Shown here: one piece after another, positions 13,031 to 24,999 of the stretch
How the letters are laid out: each line of letters begins with the position of its first letter
Position numbering within the stretch: position 1 is the stretch's first letter
Position numbers and translations under genes: made by a program
Notes under the pieces: generated by a model
Databases searched by the model: none
The model's input: only the letters and a program-made list of their open reading frames with translations
What the model was told of the DNA's origin: nothing
Origin: Camelus dromedarius
Lineage: Eukaryota
Direction of reading: 5' to 3'
Assembly (NCBI RefSeq): GCF_036321535.1
Contig: NC_087437.1
Span: 50,036,001 to 50,100,000, forward strand
DNA: 64,000 nucleotides

Positions 13031-13539
13031 ACCTGACAGGTTTTTTAGGATCACCAGGTTTGTCATGCTGGAGATGCTCGGAACCCGGGAAAGGACTGAT
13101 CACCCTCAGCCCAGCAGAGATATCCAGGTCTGACATCCTCCTACACTATCTACAATTTGATGGAGTTGCCCATTAAGATCCCCTTTTGACAGTAAAGATC
13201 TGTCTCTCATTTTTGATTTGTTGATTCAACCCCTATGGGTAAAGTTGCCAGAAAGACCTACTTTTTGGTAAATTCTGCACTAGAAGAGTTGTACAGTGGC
13301 ATGCCATCATTATAACGTGGTGATCTGCTGAAGAAATTCTGAGATGTTACTTGTTTACAGAAATGGACCATTAAGGGAAAAAATGTTCAGAGCTCTACAT
13401 ATCCCTGACTTCATTCAGTTCATTTAATAAGGCAAACAAAGACTATCTACTTAAGGGAGGAGGTCAGTTTAGGGCTAGAAGGGGCAGAAGGGACAGAAGA
13501 AGGAATGCTAAAGGAAAGAGTGGCAGCATTCCCTGGAGT

Positions 13540-13710
13540 GATGCACTGAGGCCTAGACTCCAGGAGATTTAGCTTCTAGTCTTGACTCTGCCTTAATCGG
13601 GCCTTAAGACCAGGATGTGTCAGCCTCTCTCAGCACCAGTGTTTTTATGGATCAAATGAGAAGGTCAGACTATCATCAGGATCCCTTGAGCTCTCGTACT
13701 CTGCAAGTCT
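13540..13710 (+). mobile_element. MIR/MIR3 fragment
   Basis: ctagactccaggagatttagcttctagtcttgactctgcc...cctctctcagcaccagtgtttttatggatcaaatgagaagg. Confidence 0.6.
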
Positions 13711-13895
13711 ATATGTTTTTGGAGAAGGGAAAAATACAGCAGTGAAAGCAAATGAAATCCAAGGCCATACATCCATAAATAAAAGCACTTTAAGAAGCAT
13801 CTCGTCTGCATCTTGCGCTTTCATTTTTAATCTATTTTGTAGAACTCAGAGCTATTATTTCACAGAATAATTTTTTAGTTAAAAAGAATCAGCCA

Positions 13896-14018
13896 GAGGG
13901 AGGGTATAGCTGAAAGTGGTAGAGCACATGCTTAGCATGCCCGAGTTTAATCCCCAGTACCGCTCTTAAAATAAAAAACAAACAAACACATCTAATCACC
14001 TCCCTCCCCCCTCAAAAA
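13896..14018 (+). mobile_element. tRNA-derived SINE (camelid Vic-1-like) with internal deletion and TSD
   Basis: gggagggtatagctgaaagtggtagagcacatgcttagcatgc...tttaatccccagtacc, ctaatcacctccc tail plus polyA; TSD aaaaagaatcagcca (13881-13895) / aaaaagaaccaacca (14019-14033). Confidence 0.9.
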
Positions 14019-14394
14019 AAAAAGAACCAACCACGCATGCTTATCACAAAAAGAGATTAAAAGAGAAAGGCTATGATAAAAGCTAAAGTTTCTGTCTTCC
14101 AAATGGTTTCTATGATTTGGGTGTTTGGTATGTAGAGTGAAAGCTAACCATTCAAATATTTGAATTGTTCACTTTTTATTGAAACCATTTGATTTGGTAT
14201 TTTGTAAATACTGTTTAAAAAACTTGTTTTGAATCAGTTTCCAAAAAAAATATGTCTAAACAGTCACTAAAATATTTCAAAGGTTGGATATTGAAGATGC
14301 TGTCTTTATTGGCATTAGCATTTCGTATAAGTATTACCCAAGCAATTACCATTAACCCAGGCCCTTGTCCTAGCACTGTCCAAATTGGATTTGC

Positions 14395-15230
14395 TTGACT
14401 TCATTCATTCAAAAAGTAGTTTACTTTTCCCACACGGCCACATTTTGAAGGGCCATCACTGGTCTACAGGAACTCATGGTCTAGTAAGGGAGACAAACAT
14501 GTAAGCAAATAATTACAACTCAATGGGACGGGCCATGATTGTTGTGCTAGCCTCTTAATATTGGTCTTAGCCCCATTTTGCCTATAGTGTCCTTTATATA
14601 GGGTTCTTTCTTTAGGTGAACTTGCTATTACAAGCCATGTTTATGTTTATGTCATAAATACATTTTATATCATGTCTATAAATGAAAAATCAGAAATTCT
14701 TGCCAATAACAGAAAGCAACTCATAAAAAATAAATATATAACCACTAAAGTAAACACATTTGTTGGTAAACTACCTAAAAACCTCCTTGTATACCATCGG
14801 TGGAATGCAGTTTCATTGGTCATGGTAAGAATCCTGGATGGTCACTTAATTCATTTAATGAGTGTGTACTGAGCACCTGTTATGTGCCAGAACTATTCTC
14901 TGATGGTGATCATAATCTATGTAGGGAGTTTAAATGACACAATGACAGAAACAGTTTTGCACTCTATAAAGTTTAGTTTTTAATTTGCTTTGGAAGATTA
15001 ACTTAAAGGGTACCGATACTATGAAAGTAGGGATTAAGACCCAAACAATGACAATAATAAATGACACAGAGATGATGAGAATCACTTCAATGCATGTGTA
15101 GGAAGCCTAGTCAACAGGACTTGGAGATTATTCGGTTGTGGGGAGTAAAGGAGGGGAAGGTGTCAAAGATGATAGCCAGGTTTCTGTCCTGAGTGACTGA
15201 GTACAGTTAGATATCACGTTCCTGGCATGT
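14395..15230 (-). mobile_element. Cluster of L2 fragments
   Basis: ttcattcattcaaaaagt...aggaactcatggtctagtaagggagaca; ttcatttaatgagtgtgtactgagcacctgttatgtgccag; tcaacaggacttggaga...gtcaaagatgatagccaggtttctg. Confidence 0.65.
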
Positions 15231-17185
15231 TTAAAAGATTATTAAAGGTCCTTATTGCCACCTTAGAGATTTACTGTGCACTACTATAGGGGTAAGTTTA
15301 CAAAAATAACTATGGATATTGACATTTTGGGGCAGGGAGGTAAATTGGACCAACTGACCTAAGGCATAAAGTAGACCCCAAACTACACTATGCCTTTCTG
15401 AAAAACTGAATTCACTCAAAGACTCTGTACAAAGGCAGTCTAAGATGGCCTCCAGGCTCAAGTCTAAGTTCACTTGACAGAAAGAAAATAGAAATCCAAG
15501 ACTCTGAAAAAATAATGTGGTCCTTGAGTTGCTCATTCCCCTTTAAAAGCAAACAAACAAAAACATAGATGGGAATGGTTGCAAATGATGAGGAACAGAT
15601 GGCAAAATTGTTGATACTCTAGATAATGCCACTGGAAGCATGTCCCCATCCTTCAGGTGTGGCCTCCACTTCTGCTGCCTCAGTCAATAGTGGATGTTTC
15701 TGATGAAGCAAGCAAAGGTATAAAGATACCTAATTATTACTCAGGACAGACATGTCAGTCAGCACAGCCAGAACAGCCACGCTGACCTTCTGTCGACAGG
15801 AAGAGGATCCTGTTACAGTCGCTCTTTGCTGCATGATCTAATAGGTTATTACCCAGCCATTCTTTAGAGTAAAAGCAAACAAGTCAAATACATAATCTCT
15901 TTCAGTAAACTGACATAAATTATGGGACACCCTACGCATACTCGTAAGGTAATTCCTTTCATCAATACAAAAATATCATTTAATCTTCCAGGTAGAGCAT
16001 ATTGAAAGTTGGAGATTTATGAACATGATAAAGTTGGGTTGGGGAGTCAGAAACCTAAAAACACTAAGGTGCTTAACTGCTTAGGATCTTGGAATTTTTA
16101 TAACACTTTTTCTGTAGAGATGAAATTTGGAAAGAATAAATGACAGGCATAACTAGAAAGTGGCAAGAGTTGGGAGGAAACCCGGGCATGCTGATTTCTA
16201 GTCCATTCCACACTAACAAGAAGCAGTTTTCCTTTTTTCCAGGCATACATCCAGCTTTTAGCAATTACATTCAAACACACATCTACTCTTTAGGCAAACC
16301 AGAGCCTATACCCCAACCCCAGGCAGTCATCTTTCACATGTGTCTCCAATAGCATTGTTGAGAAAATAGCTCAAAGTGCCAAAGACACTGATGCAAGATC
16401 CAAAGCATCATCTTTACATAAGAAGCACAATGCATTTTGTTTTATTAAATGTACCTATTAATTTCTATGGTAAGTTCCTAGAATTTTACTGTGACAAAAT
16501 AGATACTTCACAATTAATGAAAGAATGATTTTCAAGCAAATCTTTCATCCATGAAAATCATTCTGATTCTATGAAAGAGCTAGTGTGCACACGTTTCCAA
16601 AAATGAGGCTAACAGTTAAACACTTCTTCAGAGAATCTCACTTGTGAAAGAGTGGCTCATAATGGCTCATCAAAGAAATGTTGCCTCTCAGATTTGCTTT
16701 TTAAAGAAAGCTAAACACAGATCCCACCAACTTTTCAATGCTGACATAATTCAGCAGCTTTTCTTCTGCAGAAGACTTGGAAGCTCTATCTTTACAAAGC
16801 TTGAGGCTGAGGAGCAGGAGCTGGGAAATGAAGTGTTACTTAGATGTCTCTATGAGCAAGAAGAGGAACACACTGAAGTACTCAACTGGATTTTTTTTTT
16901 TAATCCTCAAAAATATGTATGGTATATATAGCATAACCATATCAAATTTAATATCACAGTCCTGTGACAACTTACTGATTAGGTCAGACAACTACAAAAA
17001 CTACGCTGGATTGTGTCCATTTGTTCTGTTTAACGAAAGTACGAGAACCCACTATGTGCTACCCAGTGCTGAAAAAATGAAAGGAAAAGATATAGAAATA
17101 AATATGCTAGGATCACCAATTCCCAAAGACTTTATAATATAATAGAAAAGATGGATGTAAAAACAAATAATAGAAAGAGACTCTG

Positions 17186-18135
17186 CCAAAAATGGGCAGA
17201 CCTAAACAAGCAGTTCTCCAATGAAGACATATAAATGGCCAGCAGGCACATGAAAAAATGCTCAATATCACTAATTATCAGAGAAATGTAGATCAAAACT
17301 ACAATGAGGTATCACCTCACACCAGTAAAAATGGCCATCATTCAAAAGTACACAAATGATAAATGCTGGAGAGGCTATGGAGAAAAGGGAACCCTCCTAC
17401 ACTGCTGGTGGGAATGTAGTTTGGTGCAGCTGTTATGGAAAACAGTACGGAGATTCCTCAAAAGACTAAAAATAGACATACCATATGATCCAGCAATCCC
17501 ACTCCTTGGCATATATCCAGAGGGAACCTTAATTCAAAAAGATACATGCACCCCAATGTTCATAGCTGCACTATTTACAATAGTCAAGACATGGAAACAA
17601 CCAAAATGTCTGTTGACAGGTGACTGGATAAAGAAGGTGTGTTATCTTTATACAACGGAATATTACTCAGCCATAAAAAATAAAATAATGCCATTTGCAG
17701 CAACATGGATGGACCTGGAGAATGTCATTCTATGTGAAGTAAGACAGAAAGAGAAAGAAAAATACCACATGGTATCGTTCATATGTGGAATCTTAAAAAA
17801 AAAAAAAGACAAATGAACTTATTTACAAAACAGAAACAGACTCACAGACATAGAAAACAAACTTATGGTTACTAGGGGGAAAGGGAGTGGGAGGGGATAA
17901 ACTGGGAGTTCAAGATTTACAGATACTAACTAGCACATATAAAATAGATAAACAACAAGTTTATGCTATATAGCACAGGGAATTATATTCAATATCATGT
18001 AGGAACTTAAGGTGAAAAAGAATATGAAAAGGAATATATACATGTTCCTATATGGCTGAAGTATTGTGCTGTACACCAGAAATTGATACAACATTGTAAA
18101 CTGACTATACTTCAATAAAAATATATTTAAAATAA
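17186..18135 (+). mobile_element. 5'-truncated young (camelid-type) L1 with TSD
   Basis: ORF2 C-terminus plus 3'UTR and AATAAA tail; TSD aaataatagaaagaga (17165-17180) / aaataaagaaagaga (18130-18144). Confidence 0.95.
17304..17816 (+). pseudogene. L1 ORF2p C-terminal remnant (zinc-knuckle region), 170 codons still open
   Basis: [13 protein letters not shown]...[18 protein letters not shown]...[13 protein letters not shown]...[16 protein letters not shown] is the canonical L1 ORF2 C-terminus; the second Cys of CWRGC is Tyr here. Confidence 0.95.
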
Positions 18136-18249
18136 AGAAAGAGATGTTGAACACGAAAGTATCTGTATTCTGTCCTATAATTGTGTTAGTGAGTTCTACC
18201 TCAGTCTGGAGTAAAGAAGGAAGTAATTTTGAAGTCTTCTCTATGTGAA

Positions 18250-18700
18250 CTAATTCATTTGCTCAATCATTTAATCATTCATTCAGCAAATATTTACTGA
18301 ACAAAACTGCAAGAACAAAGCAAAATCCATGGCCCAATGAAGCTTCATTCTAGTGAAGGGAGACAGATATTAAGCAAAAACAAATAAGTATGTTTTGGTA
18401 ATAATACTATTTTAAAAAGTTAATAGGTTACATAGGATAGAGTTTGCGAGGGGGCAGAGGTTATAAGAAGAATTAAGAATGTTACTATATAAAGGGTGTA
18501 AGAGCGAACCTGGCTGATGAGATCCAAGTTGAAAGGAGAAAGTATTGAGGAAGAGAGCCATATGGGTACCTAGGGAAACAGTGTTCAATACCACAAGTAC
18601 AAAGGAACAGAGATACACCAGGGAGGCCTATGTGGCTGGAGCAAAGTAAGCAGATAGCAGAGTGGGAGAGGATGAGATTAAAGAAGTAATGAAAAAATTA
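18250..18700 (-). mobile_element. L2a-like fragment
   Basis: tcattcattcagcaaatatttactgaa...aagcttcattctagtgaagggagacaga...aggcctatgtggctggagca. Confidence 0.8.
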
Positions 18701-20169
18701 GATGCAGTGGACATCTTCTCCAGCAAGGGTCACTAACTTAACATTAGGCCACTCATGCTTATATGAATCTCCATTATGTCTAATAGGAAAACAGTAGATG
18801 ATAAAATCACAGAGGATAAGTTCTTATAATTAATATCATTGCAAGACTGAAATATTTGGAAGGTTGAAATTCACCTTCTTCTATGTGCATCTCTGATGTG
18901 GCAGGATTGCCTTGGGGAGAAGGGAGTGAAAGAAAAAAAAACAAAATAACAAAAACAACAAACTTCGCATGTGTCCAGTCACAACTGTTATGTTACTAGC
19001 TCCTTCCTTGAAGAGCTGAAATTTCCCCTGCAGTTAAAAGATGTTCTTGTCTTCTTTATCATTCTTTGTAATCAGATAAGTAAGGGAAATCACAAGTGTC
19101 ACATCCCAGCCCTGGGGCAGTATTAGACTGAGCAAAAATCCTCTTTCTTTGCTCTTGCTTACCATATGCATTTTCACATGAGGTTCTTTACTGTTTGAAA
19201 AATTAACACTGGTGAATCCCCTTAATTGGCCCTGACTGGCTGAATTTGGGAAAGGTGCCAGTTATATAATTTCTTCCTGATTTCCAGGGTTTACAAAGTA
19301 CACATTGAGAGGCAGTGACATTTTATTTTCTAATTTACTTTTAAAGGTATATACCACTAAGCAATAAAACTTCTCAAAGTATTTTAATTAATGGATCTTT
19401 TATTCATTAAACTGTTATGGTTTAGAATTTTTTAAAAATTGTAGGACATATTAAGCAGTAATGGGAAATGTAGAAGAAATACTGTCTGGGAAAGAGAAAA
19501 CCCAAATTCTGATAATATTATTGTAAAACTGGTGATGATGGTGATGATGCTAAATAATTACCTACAAGAATTCCTCCAGATCTAAGATGCCAAAAGATGT
19601 GCTAGCCACATGTGGTGAACATTTTGCTACAAAGTCCAGGTCTGTCATTCATCTGTACTTTCTTATTCAGCAATGTTGAACTGTTTTACTGAATCCCTAT
19701 TCTAGCATTTCTGCAGAATACTCCAGTTACGTGGCAGTGTCATTTACTGAGGAAAGATATCATAGTTGCCATTATCTAACTAGAGACTCTTCTTTCATTC
19801 AAATTATCTCCTAAGATGGGTATGTGCTTCTTCTTACCTTTGGGGAGGCACACATGAAAGAATAAGGCTAATACTTTAATTTTTCATTCTTCCAAATGTA
19901 AATGTAGACATTTATATTTCTGTAACCATTCTTTAAACCATTTTCATTATTACAACATGTGTTTGGCTGCAACTGCTCTAGATGTAAACAAGTTCTCAGT
20001 GCCCTATTCTCTGATATTTCCCACAACTTAGCTTTATTGGAGTAAATGTGTACAGCCACAGGAAGATAGAAATTTAACAGTACACCTTGAAACCACAACT
20101 GTCTCCGATAAGCTTTCAACCCCCTTGACTTCACAGTGTACCAGACCAGTGAAGTCAACTCTGCAATGC

Positions 20170-22750
20170 CAGTGAAATGTCAGATTTTTTGCTATTTCCT
20201 TTTACTTGACTTCGAAGAATAGTTTGTATGTTCTATGTGGATTGTTGCCTTTTTCCTTTTTTTCTTCATTTCTCATTTTACTTCTTTGTGCTCAGAGAAT
20301 ATGGTCTCCTTTCTGCAATTAGTTGAAATCTTCTTTACAGACTAATAACAACATTGCTAATTTTCTGTGCTATATGTGTTTGACAAGACAGTGTATTCAT
20401 TATTTTTTGAATGTAGAGTTAAATATTAATCATGTTAATAATATTACTTACAACTCTAGATCCTTTCCTGTTTTTGTCCACTTATTCTGTTATTTTCAAG
20501 GGAGTTGTCTCCCACTGTGATTGCAAGTTGATCATTTTTTCTTTGTACTTTTAACTGTTTTTGATTCATATACTTTAAAGCTATATTGTTAGATACATAA
20601 TGCTTATGACTGTTGTATATTATTGCATATTTTTCTTTTTCTCCATACGAAATACCCTTATTTGTCCCTTTTGATGCTTTTTTCCTGGACTCTATTTTGC
20701 CTTATGTTAATTTAATAACACTTAAACTTTTTTTAGTTAGCATTAATCTGGTATGTATTTCTTGTCCTTGATTTTAAATTTGCCTAAGTAATTTATTTTG
20801 GACATCTCTTACAGAAAAAAATACAGTTGACATTTTTCAACCCAGCTGAAAGTCTTCTAGTAGTAGAAATATACTTATTATGCTTACTGATACATTAGGA
20901 TTTCTCCTTGCCATCATAACTTCAATTTTCTGTTTATTTTGTCTCTGGTTATATTTTTCTTCATATTCTCCTTTTATTCTATTGATTAAGGGTGAAGTAG
21001 AATTACCATACAAGTTTGGGAACAGAAAGAATTATTCTATTGATTTTCCCATATGATTTGAAGGCTATGCATTCTATTTCAATTTTTCCAGTTTTCACCC
21101 ATGTATTTCCAATACATATATTAAAGATGTATATTATATCAGTGACAAGATTCAATTAGAAATAAGATCCTTAATATACTTTCATAATGCTATTCACCTC
21201 ATCTATTGAGTTTTTGATTGCAATATCAATTTTGAAAAACTTTTATGTTTTGAATTGGTAATATACACACATAGAAAAACAAATCAGAAAGTACAAAAAT
21301 GGATATCATCAAATATAAATCTTTCTTCCATCCCTGTCCCCTAGCTTTTCAGTTCACTTCCCCAGAGATAATTGCTGGACCTAATTTATTGTGTATCCTC
21401 CCAGAAATAGTTTGTGCATACGCAGCCTTGGAATTGTTTGTTTGTTTTTTAAACACAACCATATCATACTCCATACACTATTCTGCTTTTGTGTTTTATT
21501 TAGCTTGCTTAGCTTGCGTTTGTTTTACTTAGCATGTAAGTATCTTTTAATATAAATACATATGGAGCCCTTTCATTTTTTGACTAATTTCTATTGATTT
21601 TCTTTTTAAAAACTTTAGAGATAATATGTTAAAGAAGCAATATATTACTATTATTTAATTTTTAAAAATTAAGACATACAGTGAAAACTCTAGCTCTTAC
21701 TCTTTTAGCCCAGTCTCCAGCACCAAACCAAGGAATCACTATTTTCTTGCAATGTTCTAGAGGTTTTCTGTGTAAGTGCAATACAAATGTATATATTTTC
21801 CTCCTCACTCACAAAAGGTAGCATAATATATACTTGCTCTTTCACATAACAATTTATCTGAAGAGAACTTTAAATATCTTACCCATAGAGTATCTACATT
21901 CATTTTTACAATGGGATGGTACTTCATCATTTGCATGCACTATACTTTATTTAATCAATCTGTTATTAATGAACTTTTGGCTTAATCCTAACTCTTTGCA
22001 GTCACAAGAAATGCTTCAATAGCCTTTTAAATATATTATTTCATTCACTTTGCAAGTCGTTCTGTACAAGTTCATTACTTATATGCAAAAAGTAGGATAA
22101 ATTCCCAAATGTAGAATTATACTCTCTTTTAAAAGCACGGTTTTCCCTTTTATGGACTGCTATAATTCATTTAACCAGTTTCCTTCTGGTAGACATTTTG
22201 ATTGTTTCCAATACTGTGGTAATGCAAAAGATTCTGCAGTTGATATCTTTATATACACACAATCAAAATTTCATTCGTGTACATGCATACCTATAAGCTA
22301 ACTTCTAGAAGCGCAATTGTTGAGTCAAGGGCATATTACAACTTGATATGTATTGCCTAACTGTCCTAACTGCTCTTCATACAGATTGTGTTGATCTTAC
22401 TCTCACCAGAATCTCATGGGAATTTATTTTCTCACACCTTCACCAAATCAATGTGTTAGCGAAGCATTCAAACTTTACTAATCTTATAGGCAAAAATGTT
22501 ATCTAATTGTACTTTTAGTTTGCATTTTTCTTACCATGAGTGGAGCTGAGTATATAGTCAAATATTTAAGAACCATTTATATCCTGTTATTCTTGCCCAT
22601 TTTCCTATTGTATTTTGGGGTTTTACTGATTCATATTAACTCTCCATATATTGAGGATGTTAAGTCTTTTGTGACAAATATTTAATCTCTAAAATCTCTA
22701 GTTGTTTATTTTTATCGATGCAATAATCTCTTGGAATTCTCTGATATTAA
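20170..22750 (-). mobile_element. Nested, very old L1 (L1ME-like) fragments
   Basis: T-rich degenerate antisense L1 sequence, e.g. tagacattttgattgtttccaata...ctagaagcgcaattgttgagtcaaggg...ttttagtttgcatttttctt. Confidence 0.65.
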
Positions 22751-24999
22751 TTGTACTTATTTTAAATTCTTCTTCTGTTTGTTCTATTGCTCCAAGAATG
22801 TGGACTGATCTTTGAAAATCCCTGTACACCTGCTTGCTGTGTTTACTCTAACCCAGTCTCAGTGATTACGGGGGAAGATGGGGCCTACTGGTATCCTGTT
22901 TAGTGGGTGTGGAGACTCCCTAGCCTTCCTGGGGAAAGGGGAGTAACTGCTTGGGGCAATACCCTGCCCTTCTGGCTCTAAAGCCCGGCTCACTTTAGCC
23001 TGTGGGCCACCTCAACTGCCGCTTGCTTGATCTGCACAGGTGGGGGGCAGCTACTCTGCAGCAACAGCAGCGGCTGCTAATTATACACCCTGATGTGTGC
23101 CTGGGGGGCCTTCCCTTCCCCTTAACCACTGACTCTGAGCTTGGCTTTCCCCAGAATTGTTCCTTTCTTTTGTGCATGTTTTGCGACATATTTTCTGCCA
23201 GCTACTTCTCCTATGATCTGATCTTATGTAACTGATTTGGTGTTTTTGTTTGTTGGTTTGTTTTCATATTTAGAAATTTCTCAAGATTTCTCGCCTGCTA
23301 TTAGCACTCTCTCTCTTTTTTTTTTTTAGCACTCTTTCTTGATTCGCAGCACAGTTACTGATTTTTCACTCTCAAATGTTTCTGTCATTTTTTGACATTT
23401 TTGGCCCCAAGAAAGGTGTATGCTTAGGATACTACCATGATCTAATCTTCCCAAATTACTTTGAAAACCTAACAGGTAGGAACAGTACCTACCTTTTCAA
23501 CTGCACAGCTTTGCTCCCTGTGGGCTTCTTAAAGTCAAGCAAGAAAAAATTTGTAACTTGGTGCTTGACTAGCATGGTGTCTGGCTCATAAGATGAATTC
23601 AGTAAGTGTTTAGTGTATGATGAAAGGAAGGAAAGATGGAAGGATGAAAAGAAGGGAAAAAACAGATATTAAGAATTATTTCTGTTAAGGCCAGTTCAAC
23701 ATGTTCTTATTGAATATATTACTATGTACAAGGTACCGTTAGGCACAAGTGTCACCGAAATGAATAAAACATTCTCCCTGCCTTCTGAAAGTGCATATGT
23801 GTGGGCAAGGGAGATAGAAAAGGTTAGAAGTATGCTTCCTAAAGTCCAAGAGTTAATACTCTAACAGAAGGCGTAATACACTGTAGCTAAGTGTATAGGC
23901 TTTAGAGAAGGGCAGAAAAGGTTAATTATGTGGTAACTCAAAAAGAGAAGGCTATTTCGAGGTGACTAAACCTATAGGTGGAGGAGGAGTAGAGAGAGGT
24001 CTAAATCAACGCTTATCATATGCACAGAAAAGCTTTTGCAGATGTATCACCAACACTTCCATGTACTCATAGTCATAAAAACAAGCAACAACTGTATATT
24101 TTTAAAAGATGGCCTAAAAGTAAGTCTCTTGGAAATACAAGTGACAGATAAATTATTGCATCAAAAATCATTTCCAGTATTAAAATAAATTATCTTTTGA
24201 ACTTTGTTAACTTTAAAATAAATTTTGCTTTCAGAATACATTAAGATGCATTGAAGTTATGCTAGGAAAATGGCTCAATGTTAGCAAGAGAGATGTTTGC
24301 ATCTCTGGTGTGTGCTCCACTCTGATAAACTTAATAGCTCACTTCCACCCTCCAGTATGAATACTCCAGGGCAGAGAGCTCTCACCGGCTTAGCCTGACA
24401 CAAGGAGCAGGGCCAGGATTCCTGTAACCAGGATTCTGGGGAGAGAGCAGGGAGAAAGGGGAGACGGACAGCAGAGACACCAAGGGGAAAGAGGCTGCTG
24501 TGCTCCCATCTAAGGTTGATCCTACGATCTGAAAGGTGACCCAATACACTAACCCCTAAAAGAATGTTTTCCAACATCCTCTAAGTTTCGCCTTTTAATA
24601 TTCTGAAACATTTAAGATTGGGTTCTTTATATAAATAAGCACACCTACATGCCCATCCAGATACTGTAGAGCCCAGTGGTGAGGTGGCATGAGAGTTATC
24701 CAGCATGTCATCAGCTTTTTGCAGGATGGTATGAGATGAGGATGTAGAGGCATTATCAGTAGGTAGTGTTCAAGAGGGCCAGCCCTAGAGACAAATGCCC
24801 TGGAGAGTAGAATCAAGTTGCTTGGGCTCTTTTTGCCTCAGCTTCCTAGCCTATGACACAGAAGTACTGTTGGTAATTTAGCTCTTTTAGTTGTAGTCAG
24901 GATTAAACAAAATCATATACTTAAAACTTCCAGTCTAGTTCTTGGCACACAACATACACTACTTTTTGTTAGGATTTCTCTCTTCATACCACCCAGTTG

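Noticed and set aside
13066..13090. MLEML peptide resembling the MITF-M N-terminus
   Set aside because: Only 5 residues match; it continues GTRER rather than EYNHYQ, and no donor follows.
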